Shown in pieces: positions 38,454 through 49,957 of a stretch of 64,000 nt of DNA. The DNA comes from a virus (taxonomy: Duplodnaviria; Caudoviricetes). The position numbers and the translations under genes are program-made. Positions within the stretch are counted from its first letter, which is position 1. Each line of letters starts with the position of its first letter. The notes beneath the pieces are model-generated. The model saw only the letters and a list, made by a program, of their open reading frames with translations, was not told the origin of the DNA and did no database searches. The stretch lies in IMG/VR virus record IMGVR_UViG_3300028914_000062, positions 1-64,000 of that record. One strand, 5' to 3'.

Positions 38454-40010
38454 TTAGAATTCAAATCCGAAATTGTCAGCTTGATCGTAGATGACTTCTA
38501 CGTCAACACCTTTAATATCGGTTAAAATATTTCCTTCATTGTCGGTTACAAAGCAATCTGTAATACGACAAGTTGATCTATCAAAATATACATACAGACG
38601 AACGTTGGTGTGTTGACCTCGCCTGACTTTATATATGTGCAATACGTGAGTAGGTCTCAAAGTAAAACCCTTGCTCAAATAACTGTCGATAACATCCTTA
38701 TCTGCTTCTCGAACAGGCAACATAATTGTACCTATATCAACTTTATCGGAGATAGATTTTGCACCACGAAGCAACTGTTGGTCGGCCTCTTTAACCGTTT
38801 TCCAATCGCCACTTAACTGCGTCGCCGTCGAGATAAAAATCCCCAGCTGATTGCACAAATCTTTTAATCTGGTAGTAAACATAAGTAAGATCTGATCTTC
38901 ACGAAGGTTGCTAATGCGAGATTTCATCGCGCCTTCAGACATAATCTTGATCGTGGTCGCGAGGTAATCGTAATATACATAGTTCACACCATAGTTCTGC
39001 CAGTACTCTTTAATCAAATTCTCTATATCGTCCATATCATAATTGCTAATTTGCACAAAATATAGGGGAGAATTCTCAATGAGTTTGGCAGCTTTATCTA
39101 CTCGCTGCTCTTCATCATCATAATATTTACCATCCAAGATATGATGCTCTGGCACGCCGGAAACGGTTGCAAGATACATTGTCTGCACTTCATCGAGTTC
39201 GAGCTCAGTGGAAATATACAAAACAGGGTTGCACATATTGGTTGTAACCCATTTTCTCTTAATGGTATCATAATATTTTGGGACCGCAATACGAGCTGAC
39301 TCGCCAATCATTCTACGAGTTTTACCAACACCCTGTGCAGAAGATTCAAGATAAAGTTTCTTTAATCTCTGACCGCTATATAAAGAGGTTAAGATCGGTG
39401 AAGTTAAGGGCAAGCCAATACTTGGCTACTGTTTTAGTTTCTCTTTCAGCTCGCGTATATTATCACCAGCCATGGCGTTAACCACAGTATCAGTGCACTG
39501 AAAAGCGTGTTTGATTGTAGCAAGCTTCGTATCAAACTTATTTGCGATATCGTCGATTGTCATTTCGTCAAATCGGCGCTGCATTTCAGCTTCCTAATTC
39601 GGGTCCAGAAGAGTATCGTCATAGATGCTAGAAGTGTCAAAACCTTCTTTTTGCAAAGCATTTAGCATACTATGTTTCTTCATCAGATTATAATAATAAT
39701 CAAGCTTGGTCTCATCTGCCAGTTCAATCGCCTTAACAACATAATCGTCTCCGCGATTATCGGTATAAACTTTATACTGAACAGGATATTGTGTTAAAAA
39801 CTCGCGAACATCAGCGACTGTAATGGTCTGGAGACCCTTCATAGCCAGATATTCAACGGCTCCATACACAATTCTGTGAAACTGACCAACAAAATCATCT
39901 ATATTGAATTTATATTTATCACTACGCAAAAGTAGTGGATTTTTTAGTAAGCAAGCGATGACCTGCAACATGGCCATCGGGTTTTGCTTAGGTTGTATTG
40001 TATTGGCCAT
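38454..40010 (-). CDS. DnaB-like replicative helicase (in-frame TAG at 39594 and 39426)
   Basis: N-terminal domain joined in frame to SAQGVGKT, ISTEL, YDYL, TATQL, KVRRG. Confidence 0.88.
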
Positions 40011-40011
40011 T

Positions 40012-40476
40012 TCACAGATCCTCCATGTTGAATTTGGGTTTTCGCATTTCATTGACCGGATTTTTTATGGTAACGTGCGTAACATCGGTATTTATGGGTT
40101 TTTGCATATTGCGTTCCATCAGTGCCATACGTTCCATATAATATTGTCTTGCTTCGTCATACTTATATTTAATGACATACAGTCCGTACTCGGGAGTGGG
40201 CTTCATGCCCTCAATCTCGTAACAATAATAGAGCGTATACATCATTCCTGAATATTGTTTGCCTTCCTTGGCATACTTATCAATCATGATTTTCCACTCA
40301 GCGGGTACATCATTGAGTCCGAAAACCTTTTTGATGTACCCGCATAATTGACTGTAATCTTGCTCCTGAGCTCGGATCTGATCGGTCATAGCCTGGTAGC
40401 AATTGGGACAATATTTTTTTCCAGCAAGTGTTAATGGAGTTTCTGTGCGTTGCCCACACTTACTACAGGTTGCCAT
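40012..40476 (-). CDS. Zinc-finger hypothetical protein of the replication module
   Basis: CSKCG...YCPNC. Confidence 0.7.
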   Translation of the reverse strand: MATCSKCGQRTETPLTLAGKKYCPNCYQAMTDQIRAQEQDYSQLCGYIKKVFGLNDVPAEWKIMIDKYAKEGKQYSGMMYTLYYCYEIEGMKPTPEYGLYVIKYKYDEARQYYMERMALMERNMQKPINTDVTHVTIKNPVNEMRKPKFNMEDL

Positions 40477-40483
40477 GGGTTAA

Positions 40484-41518
40484 TTACAGACCGGCTTCTT
40501 CGAGACCGGCAAGAAGTACTTCGAGCTGCTCTCTCTGAGCTTCAGTGGCATCCATGGCACGGAATTCCTTCGTACCAAGAACGCTGCCCATTACATCATA
40601 ATACTTATCGATGTTGCCACCGTTGGCTTCACCTATAGCGGTGACTTTGTTGCCAATGGCTTCGATAATCTCACTGATGGGGCGCTTAGCCTGGGCCTCT
40701 TTTGCAGCTTTGGTCTGCTCTTTCTTAACCGCCTGATCGACGGTAATGGTCTTCTGACCAGATTCTTTGGCCTTCATATCAATGGCATTGATTAAAGCCT
40801 GCTCAAGCTTTTCGAGGCTCCAATCCTCTATATAAGGAGGCATATAATCAAAGTTGGTACCAGCATGGAACGCAGGCGAACCATCGAGGAAGAGAGTGGA
40901 CTTCATCGGCTGGCCAGCAGGAGCCGGAGCAACCTTCGCGTAACCTATGATATTGCACAGGTTGCAGATGGGATCGATAACTCTCTTATCGCCAGCAGGG
41001 TATATCTTAGTATATTTCTGACCAGTCTCATCGAGGAACTCGCGCTCGGTCTCGTGAGTAATATAGATTACAAGATAGCCAGCGGCATTGAGAGTGGTAT
41101 TGATGGCTCTGAGGTGTCTCTCGATTTCAGTCGAGAACTCTTTCCAAAGGCCATAACCTCTGTTACCATCGTTAACTCTTGCGACGCCATAGGTGGCGCA
41201 AATGAAGTCGGCACAGAGCATACCCATCGAGTCAGCACCGTCAATTATAACGGTAGAGTAAAGCTCCTTGGCTTTCTCAAAGGTAGCCGGACCAGTGAGC
41301 TGCTTAACGAAGCTCTGCCAATCGGCCCACTTCTGGATCTTAACATTCGGAATACCGCCAATGGCGGCAAGACCATTTTCAAAGCAAGCAACTATAGGCT
41401 TTTTGGCCTTTATAGCGTTTGCAGTTTTGCCAGTTCTATTGGTGCCATAGAGAAGAATACTCTTACCCTGCAGACCACGAACGACTTCCGAAACTTCGGG
41501 ATTAAAAATATCTACCAT
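40484..41518 (-). CDS. AAA_24 / Sak4-like ATPase
   Basis: LLYGTNRTGKT, VIIDG, ITHE; adjacent to the SSB-like gene. Confidence 0.8.
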   Translation of the reverse strand: MVDIFNPEVSEVVRGLQGKSILLYGTNRTGKTANAIKAKKPIVACFENGLAAIGGIPNVKIQKWADWQSFVKQLTGPATFEKAKELYSTVIIDGADSMGMLCADFICATYGVARVNDGNRGYGLWKEFSTEIERHLRAINTTLNAAGYLVIYITHETEREFLDETGQKYTKIYPAGDKRVIDPICNLCNIIGYAKVAPAPAGQPMKSTLFLDGSPAFHAGTNFDYMPPYIEDWSLEKLEQALINAIDMKAKESGQKTITVDQAVKKEQTKAAKEAQAKRPISEIIEAIGNKVTAIGEANGGNIDKYYDVMGSVLGTKEFRAMDATEAQREQLEVLLAGLEEAGL

Positions 41519-41553
41519 AAAGTATCATCCTTTCTCAAAATTCTTATATATAA

Positions 41554-42654
41554 TTACCAAGAAACGGTAGGCTTGGAATTAGAGACGGAGGGAGCGGTGG
41601 TAGTGTTTTCAAAACCCCACGGCGGAATATTGTCTTCCTCTTCCTCGACCACAGGAGTGGCCATAACAGGAGGCTGGGCAGGGGCAGCAGGAGCAACAGG
41701 CTTCGCAGGAGCGGTAGCCGTAGGCATACTGAATGCCCAATTCTTATTCTGACCCTGCGGCATCGCAGGAGCAGAGGGCTTAGCAGAGTTTTTCTGAGCC
41801 TCTGCGACTCTTTCAGCAACGGCAACTTCTCTCTTGGCAAGAAGATCTCTCATCTCGTCAATCTGGAAAGCGGTCGGATTGTCGGAGTCGACAGGATAGG
41901 CGCCACCAGTAACAATAAGCTCGTGAGTGAATACGGTTTCAGTCGTACCTTCAATGCCGGTACCGAAAGCCATAGGAGCCGCTTCTTTCTTGACAACAGA
42001 ATAAGAATTGACAAGATAACCAGCTATACGAGCAGTCATCTGAGGGGCATAGAGGTTCGCGGCCTGATCGACAAGAGTCGGCTCATTCACTACGAACTTA
42101 AGGATCGAAGCGCCCTGCGACGAATAAGGCTCGGGTACAACACCTATTATTTTAACATTATTGCCTTCGGGATCAACCTGAACGGCTTTAACCATGCACT
42201 CAACATCAAAAGTGGAGTGAGGATTAAACGGATGCGCCGCATCAATAGTCTTGAAGCCAAAGCTAAAAGCACGGATGCTATAGTCATAAGCTTCGGGAGC
42301 GTTGCCGCGAATATATTCCTGAAGGGTACCGATTACGTAAACCTTGCTGGCCACTTCTGCGGCGGCATTAAACGTAAGGTCTTTGTTGGAATTAAGCGCG
42401 GTCGCTATAGTGCTGGTGTACTGCGGGAGCATCTTTACAAGTTTCGCGTACTGAGCGTTCTCGCCCACGACATTACCCTGAGCATCGCGCTTCTGCTTGC
42501 GAACATAAATCTGCGTACGGATGGAATTGTGCTCATCAAGAGCAACGATAACGCTACCGGAGACGACGTCGTCGCCAGATTCGGTGCGTTTCGCTTCGAG
42601 ATTGTTTTCTCTAAGATAACCTTCAATAACTACTTTGTTTACAAATTCTCTCAT
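41554..42654 (-). CDS. Single-stranded DNA-binding protein-like
   Basis: NKVVIEGYL OB-fold-like start; acidic EEEEDNIPPW tail. Confidence 0.6.
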   Translation of the reverse strand: MREFVNKVVIEGYLRENNLEAKRTESGDDVVSGSVIVALDEHNSIRTQIYVRKQKRDAQGNVVGENAQYAKLVKMLPQYTSTIATALNSNKDLTFNAAAEVASKVYVIGTLQEYIRGNAPEAYDYSIRAFSFGFKTIDAAHPFNPHSTFDVECMVKAVQVDPEGNNVKIIGVVPEPYSSQGASILKFVVNEPTLVDQAANLYAPQMTARIAGYLVNSYSVVKKEAAPMAFGTGIEGTTETVFTHELIVTGGAYPVDSDNPTAFQIDEMRDLLAKREVAVAERVAEAQKNSAKPSAPAMPQGQNKNWAFSMPTATAPAKPVAPAAPAQPPVMATPVVEEEEDNIPPWGFENTTTAPSVSNSKPTVSW

Positions 42655-42656
42655 AA

Positions 42657-43346
42657 TTATTTCCTTTCTTCATTAACCTTTTCATTCGCTTCGTCTGATT
42701 CTTTTGCTTCATCTTGTGCTTCAGCTGGAACATAATTCGTCTCCATCTCCAAAGCGGTCTTTATATCCTTTCTTTCCTGTCTCGTGAGTTTCTCTTCCTG
42801 AGCTTTTCTCTCCTCAATCTGAGCAAGAGGCTTAAACTCGAAGTCATCATCACGGACCAAAAGATCCGTATAAAGATCGAAGAGCCAGCGCTGTCTGGGT
42901 TTCTCGTCTTCGCCAAGAAACGACTCATCGTGTAACGGATCGTCTTCGGTGAGAGCAACCAGTGAACGCTCGGTGTCTTCTCTGGTAATGGTGAACACTT
43001 TGTTACGGTAGAAGCGGACCCAATCGAGAAAACGCGGGTTCCACTTGCCGTTACGACTAAGTATCGCATCAGCATTCAACATAACCTTGGTCCCATCGGG
43101 AGCCAGATCCTGATTATCCAGATGCATCATTTCTGCCGGAATATCAAGATCGCTAAGATCGGTAATACCATGCTTAAGCCTCTCAACCGCAACAAACAGA
43201 TCAAAATCCTGTCTCTTATAATGAGTACGGAACCTACGATTAGCCTGTCTACGCTGAGCACGATTAAGCTTCGGAATTACCGTGATACCACTTTCAGTTT
43301 TTATGGTATCGGTATTTTCCACTGCGGGGGTGTCTTTTGCTTCCAT
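42657..43346 (-). CDS. Hypothetical protein
   Basis: LNRAQRR motif; first gene after a promoter. Confidence 0.65.
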   Translation of the reverse strand: MEAKDTPAVENTDTIKTESGITVIPKLNRAQRRQANRRFRTHYKRQDFDLFVAVERLKHGITDLSDLDIPAEMMHLDNQDLAPDGTKVMLNADAILSRNGKWNPRFLDWVRFYRNKVFTITREDTERSLVALTEDDPLHDESFLGEDEKPRQRWLFDLYTDLLVRDDDFEFKPLAQIEERKAQEEKLTRQERKDIKTALEMETNYVPAEAQDEAKESDEANEKVNEERK

Positions 43347-43376
43347 AAAATACTCCTTTCATATCATGGTGCGTAT

Positions 43377-43417
43377 ATTGTACCATATATTTTTTTATTT
43401 GTCAAGTGAAATATCAC
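43377..43417 (-). promoter_or_regulatory. sigmaA-type promoter with palindrome
   Basis: GTGATATTTCAC-TTGACA-17-TACAAT. Confidence 0.8.
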
Positions 43418-43434
43418 TTAAAACCAAAAAATTT

Positions 43435-43635
43435 TTAACGATCCCAAGGATCTTTTATCTTAACAAGAAGGCCGCACCCACATACGCCTTCTTCGATGTT
43501 ATCAAAGTAATCACAGGGACATTGAAAAGGAGCGGATAGGGTCTCTGCCCCAGAAACGGGGCAGTGACCCTCCTCCTTTATATAATGTAATATATTGTCC
43601 CTGATTTGTTTATTATCAGTAAACTTTATAATCAT
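43435..43635 (-). CDS. Ferredoxin-thioredoxin reductase catalytic subunit-like protein
   Basis: GHCP...CPC...CGCGL; follows nrdD. Confidence 0.55.
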   Translation of the reverse strand: MIIKFTDNKQIRDNILHYIKEEGHCPVSGAETLSAPFQCPCDYFDNIEEGVCGCGLLVKIKDPWDR

Positions 43636-43636
43636 A

Positions 43637-46006
43637 TTAACCTTCGAGATACTTACGTATTTCTGAAACTCCTTTATATTTTTTGAAACTGTCTCCGGTT
43701 TTTACTATCAAAGTAGGGGCTTGCATAACCTCATATTGTTTGGCAATTTCCGGATGCTCAGTAGCATAAATCTTTGTATATTGTTTATTTGCCTTGTCCA
43801 ACATAGCACCAGCAACTTTACAGTTGGGACAAGTTGGGGTTGCAATTAGAATTAATTCAGTCTCTTCAATTTTACATAAATCACAAGACTCTTCTTTTAC
43901 ATTCGCTTCCTCAAAATGATGTTTTGCAAATGAAGAGCCAATATCATAAACTTTACGATCTTTAAATTCTTGTGACTTGCCGTCGTTCCAGTTCTGAACG
44001 GGACGGTAATAACCGGTTATGCGGCTGTAGACCTCGGTCTTTTCGCCGCACTCGGGACAGGTCTCCTGCTCGCCCGCGAGATATCCATGTGTTTTACACA
44101 CGGAGTAAGTGGGAGAAAGTGTATAATAAGGAAGTTTATAATTTTCTGCTATTTTACGAACAAGCGTCGCGGCAGCCTTCCAGTCGGGAAGTTTCTCGCC
44201 GAGGAAGGCGTGGAAGACGGTGCCCGAGGTGTAGAGGGTCTGAAGCTCGTCCTGGATATCGAGCGCCGAGAAAATGTCCTCGGTGTAGCCGACGGGCAGG
44301 TGAGACGAGTTGGTGTAGTAGGGGGTGTCGTCGCACGACCTAGCAGCAGTAATAATACCAGGGTAGGTTTCTACATCATGCTTGGCTAAACGATAGGCAG
44401 TGGATTCAGCCGGCGCCGCTTCGAGGTTGTAGAGGTCACCATACTATTCTTGATAGTCGGAAAGGCGCTCTCTCATATGATTAAGCACCTTAATCATAAA
44501 CTGCTACGCCTCTTTGGTTGTTAAATCTTTACGGATCCACTTAGCATTCAAGCAACATTCGTTACCACCAACAGTAGCGATTGTAGAGAAGTGATTATGA
44601 AAGTCACCCAAATATCTTTTTGTGTATGGGTATAAACCATTTTCCAAAAGCTGGGTAATAGTTTTGCGTTTAATATCAAGAGATCTCGCGGCAATGTCCA
44701 TCAAATGATCAAGACGCTTAAAGAAGTCCTCCTCATTTTCGGCTAGATATCCTATACGAGGAAGATTTATAGTTACTACGCCAACGGAACCAGTACTTTC
44801 ACCAGAACCGAAGTAACCACCGGACTTTTTACGAAGTTCTCTTAAATCCAGACGGAGCCTGCAGCACATGGAACGAACGTCGGATGGCTCCATATCCGAG
44901 TTGATATAATTACTAAAATATGGGGTGCCATATTTAGCCGTCATCTCAAAGAGAAGACGATTATTTTCAGTATCGGACCAGTCAAAATTTTTGGTAATAG
45001 AGTAAGTGGGTATGGGGTATTGAAAGCCGCGCCCATTAGCATCGCCCTCAATCATAATTTCAATGAAGGCTTTGTTGACCATATCCATTTCCTTTTGACA
45101 ATCCTTATATCTGAAATCCATCTCCTTACCGCCAACAATACAGTTAAGTTCGGCAAGGTCCGGAGGAACGACCCAGTCCAATGTAACATTAGTAAAAGGT
45201 GCTTGAGTACCCCAACGGCTCGGTGTATTCACACCATAAATAAACGACTGGATACATTGCTTAACTTGCTTATATGTTAAATTATCTGCCTTTACAAACG
45301 GAGCTAAATAAGTATCAAAGCTAGAAAAGGCCTGTGCTCCAGCCCACTCATTTTGCATGATACCAAGAAAGTTAACCATCTGATTGCAAAGGGTAGAAAG
45401 GTGGCTTGCAGGAGAGGAGGTAATTTTCCCAGGTACTCCACCAAGACCTTCCTAAATTAATTGTTTCAATGACCATCCGGCACAATAGCCAGAAAGCATA
45501 CTTAAGTCGTGAATATGCATCTCGGCATTTTTGTGAGCATCGGCGATCTCTTTATCGTAAACTTGATTAAGCCAATAATTAGCAGTAACTGCCCCAGAAT
45601 TAGAAAGGATCAATCCGCCAATGGAATAAGTAACGGTAGAGTTTTCTTTAACTCTCCAGTCGTTTACTTTTAAATAGTTATCCACTAATTTTTTATAATC
45701 AAGCATTGAATTATGTGCGTTTCTGAGTTTTTCTTGTTGTTCTCTATATAATATATATGCTTTGGCAACGTCTTCATAACCCGATTTAATCAAGACGGAT
45801 TCGACGCTGTCCTATATTTGCTCTACTGAAAGTTTACCATCCTAAATCTTGTTCTCAGCATCCGCCACGGCTTTAAGGGCCAAGAAATCGATAATATCTG
45901 CGTTGAAATCTCGATTACAGCCCTTAAAAGCCTTAGTGATAGCATTAATAATCTTAGTCAGGTCAAACTCCACGAGGCGTCCGTTGCGTTTGACTATTTT
46001 ATACAT
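43637..46006 (-). CDS. nrdD: Anaerobic ribonucleoside-triphosphate reductase with ATP cone and C-terminal glutaredoxin-like domain (5 in-frame TAG)
   Basis: IVKRNG ATP cone, HIHDL, SMCCRL, YSRITGYYRPV glycyl motif, CPNC; TAGs at 45842, 45812, 45452, 44504, 44444 all in frame. Confidence 0.95.
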
Positions 46007-46010
46007 ACTT

Positions 46011-47222
46011 TCACTCTTTTTCTTCAATATTTTCTTCTGTGGTTTCAGGCGCATATTTAGTCAGAATTCTATTCATATACTGATCAAATGTTTCTGTCTC
46101 TATACCAAGGTTCTGACCCACCATGCGCTGGCGTTCTCTATGATAAATAATTTGTCTTTCAACTTCACTTGCGTTCATATAAAAACCAATATACTTGGTA
46201 TAGAATTTCGCTGTTGATTCAGCAAGCATATCAAGCCATTTCTGATCAATGCCTCTCCAATGATTGCACTGTGTCAGAAAATACAGGTAGAAAACAACCT
46301 GACATACAGTGCCAATAGACGAGTCAGCCACACGGCCGCCCTCTCTGACAAAAATTTCTTCGAGCATCAAGTCTATGGCTTTAACAAAAGCAGCCATACC
46401 ACTATACTGGTATTCTGCATCGTTCGATCTTGTAATCGAGGTTGGTGTCCATTTCCATACATACGTCAAACTATCTATATAAGTCTTCTTTTCCGTAAAG
46501 TGAAAAGCGAGACCATTAAAGAAAGAGTCTTCTTGAATTCTAAGCTCCGGATGAAATGAAATGCGGTTTTCATTTATATAAGACCTTTTATAGACCTTGC
46601 CGTGCATCCAAGTATTATCATTCTGATGAGTAATATAAGTATATCTCCCATCAGGAAGTAATTTTTCCTCCAACCAACTCGTGTTTACCAAATCAAACTT
46701 ATCTTCTTTGATGGCATCATAAAACAGAGAGAATACGCCAACCGAATGAATTACATCATCCGAGTCTGCAAACATAAGATAATCTCCCCTTGCATTATGA
46801 ATGCCAATCTGTCTTGCTACGCCGGGACCGCCATTGCTGAGCGCTCTAATAACCTTCGGTTTAATATGAGCGAACTTATTAAGATTCTCAGCAGTAAGTT
46901 CTGATTTTGTTGAAGCATCATCAACAATTATAACTTCTACCGTGCTCATGTCAACGCCAATCTGTCCGTCAATACTTGTAAGCAGGGGCTCCATCATGGC
47001 AAAGGGGGTGTTATAATAAGGAATTATAACGCTCAATCTGATATGGGGTTCCTGGGGCTTTGGAGCAGTCGCAAGATTAGCACAGGCTTCTACAGCTGTC
47101 TGAACATCAGCGCATGCATCTTGTGCGATTTCGGCAAATTTGTCGGCGGCTTTTTCCATTTCAACAGAGCTAACAAACTCACTCTGAGTCTCTTCAATTG
47201 TTTTTACCTTTTCTTCTTCCAC
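46011..47222 (-). CDS. Glycosyltransferase family 2
   Basis: SVIIPYYN, VDDAS, GPGVARQIG, FADSDD, QEDSFF. Confidence 0.88.
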   Translation of the reverse strand: MEEEKVKTIEETQSEFVSSVEMEKAADKFAEIAQDACADVQTAVEACANLATAPKPQEPHIRLSVIIPYYNTPFAMMEPLLTSIDGQIGVDMSTVEVIIVDDASTKSELTAENLNKFAHIKPKVIRALSNGGPGVARQIGIHNARGDYLMFADSDDVIHSVGVFSLFYDAIKEDKFDLVNTSWLEEKLLPDGRYTYITHQNDNTWMHGKVYKRSYINENRISFHPELRIQEDSFFNGLAFHFTEKKTYIDSLTYVWKWTPTSITRSNDAEYQYSGMAAFVKAIDLMLEEIFVREGGRVADSSIGTVCQVVFYLYFLTQCNHWRGIDQKWLDMLAESTAKFYTKYIGFYMNASEVERQIIYHRERQRMVGQNLGIETETFDQYMNRILTKYAPETTEENIEEKE

Positions 47223-47297
47223 TATCCTTTTACTCCTTTCTTAATTTTGGGAAAATATAGGGGCATATTTGCAATGCCCCTATTCTTTTTCGCCAAT

Positions 47298-47338
47298 ATT
47301 ATACAACACTTTTTCTTATTTGTCAAGCGTTATATCAC
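47298..47338 (-). promoter_or_regulatory. sigmaA-type promoter with palindrome, first of the non-structural block
   Basis: GTGATATAACGC-TTGACA-17-TATAAT. Confidence 0.8.
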
Positions 47339-47355
47339 ATTTTTTAAAATTTTTT

Positions 47356-48846
47356 TTATTTGATAATTGCGCCCTGCATAATTGCACGGGCTTCATCAAT
47401 TTTCGCCAGCGCTTCGGTCGTTGCGGCTTTCGCCTCATTCGTTTTCGCCAGCGCATTATTGAGTCCTTCCTTAAGGACGCCAATATTATCTTCAAGATTA
47501 TCATTCTTCTCCTGAAGTTCTTTGACCTTGGCATTAGCCTCATCAAGATGAGACTGAACCAACATCATCTACTTCTGAAGCAGAATGTTCGCTTGCTGAA
47601 GAGCCATTGCTCTATCAGTTTCAGCTTTCAGATCGGCCTGAGTCTCAGCAAGCTGGGCCTGGGTCTCTTCAAGCTCTGCTTTGGTATCATTATAAAGCTT
47701 CTCCCAATCCGGAGGATCAATGGGAAGAATGTCCTTCTCATCAAACCAATAAGCCAAAGTAATAGTATCACTATATTTAATTTCCACCTGATATGGATGA
47801 GGATAATTCATCGGGACCCTGGAAATAATAGTACCGGTTCCAGGAACATTCGGAGCCGTTTTAGCTGTAGCATCAAAATAAGTATAATACTTATCAGCAA
47901 TAACCTTAACCTGCTCACCAATCTCATACTCATTCTCAGGGAGTTCGGTATAAGGACCAACGAATTCTGCGTCGACCCAACCATCAACAGTGCCAAGAGG
48001 ATTGTCCTCAGTATGTTTTATATTGTAGGGATGCTTTTTACCTTTAGCAACCTATTTCACATAGGCTTTGCCGCCGATACAATCTTTCTGAGTGCCAGCA
48101 GTTGCATTAGTATAATGATAAATACCATCATAGCTGACAATATCGCCAACCTGGTAATAAGGATCAACGGGTTTGCTTGCGTCGATTATTTTCTGAACTT
48201 CGGATCTGAACCAATCCATATCCTTACCAAAACGCGCCAACCAGTGCGAAGGATCTTTGTGACTCGAAGCATAACCGGCAAGGTTGGCCTCATAGTGCGA
48301 AGTAACTTTAGATGAATCCCAACCAAAGAGCATACAAAGATAAGCAGTATAAGCAATGGCTTGTCCAAAAGCTTCGTCAAAATATTTCTGGCACTCAGGA
48401 TTCGAGGCGTCAAGAGAATCTTCGCAAATTTCGTACTACAAATAAGGGGTAGGATTATAATTATAAGACCCCTTTTCGCCAGCCCCACAACCCCAGCAAC
48501 AATAATTATATGGAAGTAAATGATAAACTTCCACGACACCGGCAGCATTTTTGCCAACCATAGCGTGAACGCATTTACTGCAAGTGGGTTTATTCCAGTG
48601 GTTATTATTTTTATTTTTCCCAAGATCCGCAATTATCGCATCATAGTTCGGATCACTTTTAGAAGGCTACACAAATCTCGCTAATTTAGTCTGATTGCAG
48701 CCAGTGGAGTGAACAAGAACACCAATCGGCTCCATCTAACTTTTAGAAGAGCGGTCGCCTTTATAATAGATTGTTTTGTTATTAATACCATAATCATAAC
48801 AATACGAATCATAGAAAATACAATCTTTTAAGATTAATTCTGCCAT
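47356..48846 (-). CDS. Endolysin: N-acetylmuramoyl-L-alanine amidase plus SH3-like repeats plus C-terminal coiled coil (5 in-frame TAG)
   Basis: VHSTG, VHA, WGCG, TAG-YEICED, SHYE...SHKDP; TAGs at 48736, 48667, 48436, 48052, 47569 in one frame, 496 aa. Confidence 0.88.
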
Positions 48847-48867
48847 ATCATTTCACTCCTTTTGTAT

Positions 48868-49788
48868 TTAGCTTATTGATGTTAACTAATTAAAACTAAA
48901 AGTTACCGCTTGCCACGTTACTCCGGCCGTATTAGTTACTATCCAATAAAACGTATCCGCAGATTCACTAGGTGCAATAGTAATGCTTACGGTTATTTTG
49001 CGAAGGTTGCTAGTGTCTAACGTAGTTACTCCTAAGGGACAATCTATATTTATAGAAGTAGAAGCTCCACTATTATAATAAATTGTTCCAGATGTATTCA
49101 TATATTGAGCGGTGCCCCCTACAGGAGCATAAACCAAACCCGCTCTAACCAATAAAAGTCCTGTTGTTAAATCATGTCCGCTTAAAGTGAAAGAGCCAGA
49201 TGTGCCACTAACCGTTTTAGTATAAATGGTTGTATCTTTTAATTTTCCAGCTATAACCGACCCCTAAGCACACACATTGGGTTTGCCCGCTTTCCACCAA
49301 ATGGGCTAAGAATCACTACCAATATTACCCGATCCAATTTTAGTAGCCGATCCTGCATTATCAGCATATCCTGCATTATCAGCATAAACTGCATTAGCCA
49401 CCTTCTCAAGAGCCACTGGTACGCCGCCACTAAAATATACCGCATTACCGACGCCACTTCCAGAAGCAGAGCCTCCGACCGAATATGCCGATGATACATT
49501 ACCCAGCGCTTCGGCACGACCAACTACTATATTAGCAGCAGCAGCGAATGCCATACCGGTGGTGCCGGTTCCGGTGTATATGGGTAATTTTATTGTGTTT
49601 GACTACAGTCCCGAAACAATATTATTAATTGGATTAATTGTTTCTACAATATATGCGTTACTACAGTTGGTGCTAGAGTTTCCAGTCCCAACAAAAATAC
49701 TTCCTTTAGCATCGGCCATAAAATTGTCCACAACACGATTTCTAAACTCAATCGCTTGTACACCATTAGGGATAACTGTTTGTGCCAT
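48868..49788 (-). CDS. Tail fibre-like structural protein (4 in-frame TAG)
   Basis: KGSIFVGTG, PIYTG, YADNAG repeats; fragments all in one frame. Confidence 0.6.
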
Positions 49789-49957
49789 AAAATCATTCCT
49801 TTCTTTATAAAAATTTTTTGTATATAGTATACAAATTATTACTTAAACCATTTAAGTTCATTGGGTAAAATCACGAAATTTTACCCAATGAAACATCTCT
49901 TTTATTAATTTTTCTCTTTCTTTATGAAAGATCGCGTTTATTTTTATTGCACTTAAT

